Shown here piece by piece: positions 63,497 through 64,000 of a stretch of DNA of 64,000 nt. The position numbers and the translations under genes were made by a program. Each line of letters opens with the position of its first letter. Position 1 is the first letter of the stretch. The notes under the pieces are model-generated. The model saw nothing but the letters and a program-made list of their open reading frames with translations. It did not search any database and had not been told where the DNA came from. Where the stretch lies: positions 1 to 64,000 of the IMG/VR virus record IMGVR_UViG_3300034072_002191. The stretch is one strand, 5' to 3'. This stretch comes from a virus.

Positions 63497-64000
63497 TGGT
63501 GACGGTCCGCGGGCGTGACTACCTGCAGCGCTACATGGGCAAGCTGCCCCAGGAGATCGAGGCAAAACTGCTGCGAGGCGCTGGCCGAACTGGTGGGAAG
63601 GTCGTTGCGGACGACGCGCGCGACCGCGCGCTGTCGGAGGAGGTCCGCGATAACATCGTCGTGAAGGTATCCAACCGGGATGGCCGGATCGTTGTCAGGA
63701 TCACTGTTCGCCAGGGTTGGAGCTATTCGCTTGGCGTCTGGCAGGAATGGGGCACCGAACCGCACTTCATCAAGGTCGCCGAGGATCAGCGTCAGGGACG
63801 CAGCATCGGACGCATCAACAAGCTGGTGAAAGAGGAGTCGCTCGTGATCAACGGGCAGTTCGTCGGCGATACCGTGCACCACCCCGGCGCCCGCGAGGCG
63901 CCATTCCTCCGCCCAGCGCTGGACCTGCGCAGCGGCGACGCGATCGCCGCGGCACAGGCCTACATCAACAGCCGGATCGTCGGCGGAAAGATCGTGGGCG
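63496..64000 (+). CDS. HK97 gp10-like tail completion protein (truncated by the window)
   Basis: EWGT...PFLRPALD. Confidence 0.85.
   Translation, partial: MVTVRGRDYLQRYMGKLPQEIEAKLLRGAGRTGGKVVADDARDRALSEEVRDNIVVKVSNRDGRIVVRITVRQGWSYSLGVWQEWGTEPHFIKVAEDQRQGRSIGRINKLVKEESLVINGQFVGDTVHHPGAREAPFLRPALDLRSGDAIAAAQAYINSRIVGGKIVG

Larger units (their letters stand above)
2205..64000. mobile_element. Lambdoid/HK97-like prophage, interrupted at 17713-54034; att sites not identified; continues past the window end
   Basis: Canonical order: int, xis, early-left genes, cI/cro, cII-like, RusA, replication, antiterminator, [insertion], HNH, terS, terL, portal, protease, capsid, neck. Confidence 0.9.

Noticed and set aside
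1-64000. CRISPR arrays, tRNA or rRNA genes
   Set aside because: None recognised by eye; a covariance-model search was not run

Overview
This GC-rich window (probably alphaproteobacterial, Sphingomonas-like by inference) consists almost entirely of two nested prophages. (1) A lambdoid/HK97-type temperate phage starts at a tyrosine integrase (2205-3473). It continues through a leftward early operon, a cI/cro immunity region with matching OL/OR operators, replication genes and a NusG-like antiterminator (ends 17701). It resumes at 54040 with HNH-terS-terL-portal-ClpP protease-capsid-neck genes and runs off the window. (2) A complete-looking 36,322-bp Mu-like transposable phage with a non-contractile tail (17713-54034) is inserted in reverse orientation just after the antiterminator stop. 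It has TG...CA ends, repeated end-binding sites and a 5-bp target duplication (TCGGG). Highlights: an HNH endonuclease hidden in an alternative frame of a ~612-bp in-frame, stop-free insertion in the C5-methyltransferase gene; a RelE-like toxin / HTH antitoxin / non-SecB third gene (plus HIRAN) in the position that rexAB occupies in lambda; a non-catalytic paralogue of the MuA end-binding domain; a LexA-like protein lacking its peptidase; a MuF-nuclease fusion with no immunity ORF; several micro-ORFs missing from the ORF track; and signs of decay in the outer prophage. All family assignments come from motif recognition by eye; no searches were run.
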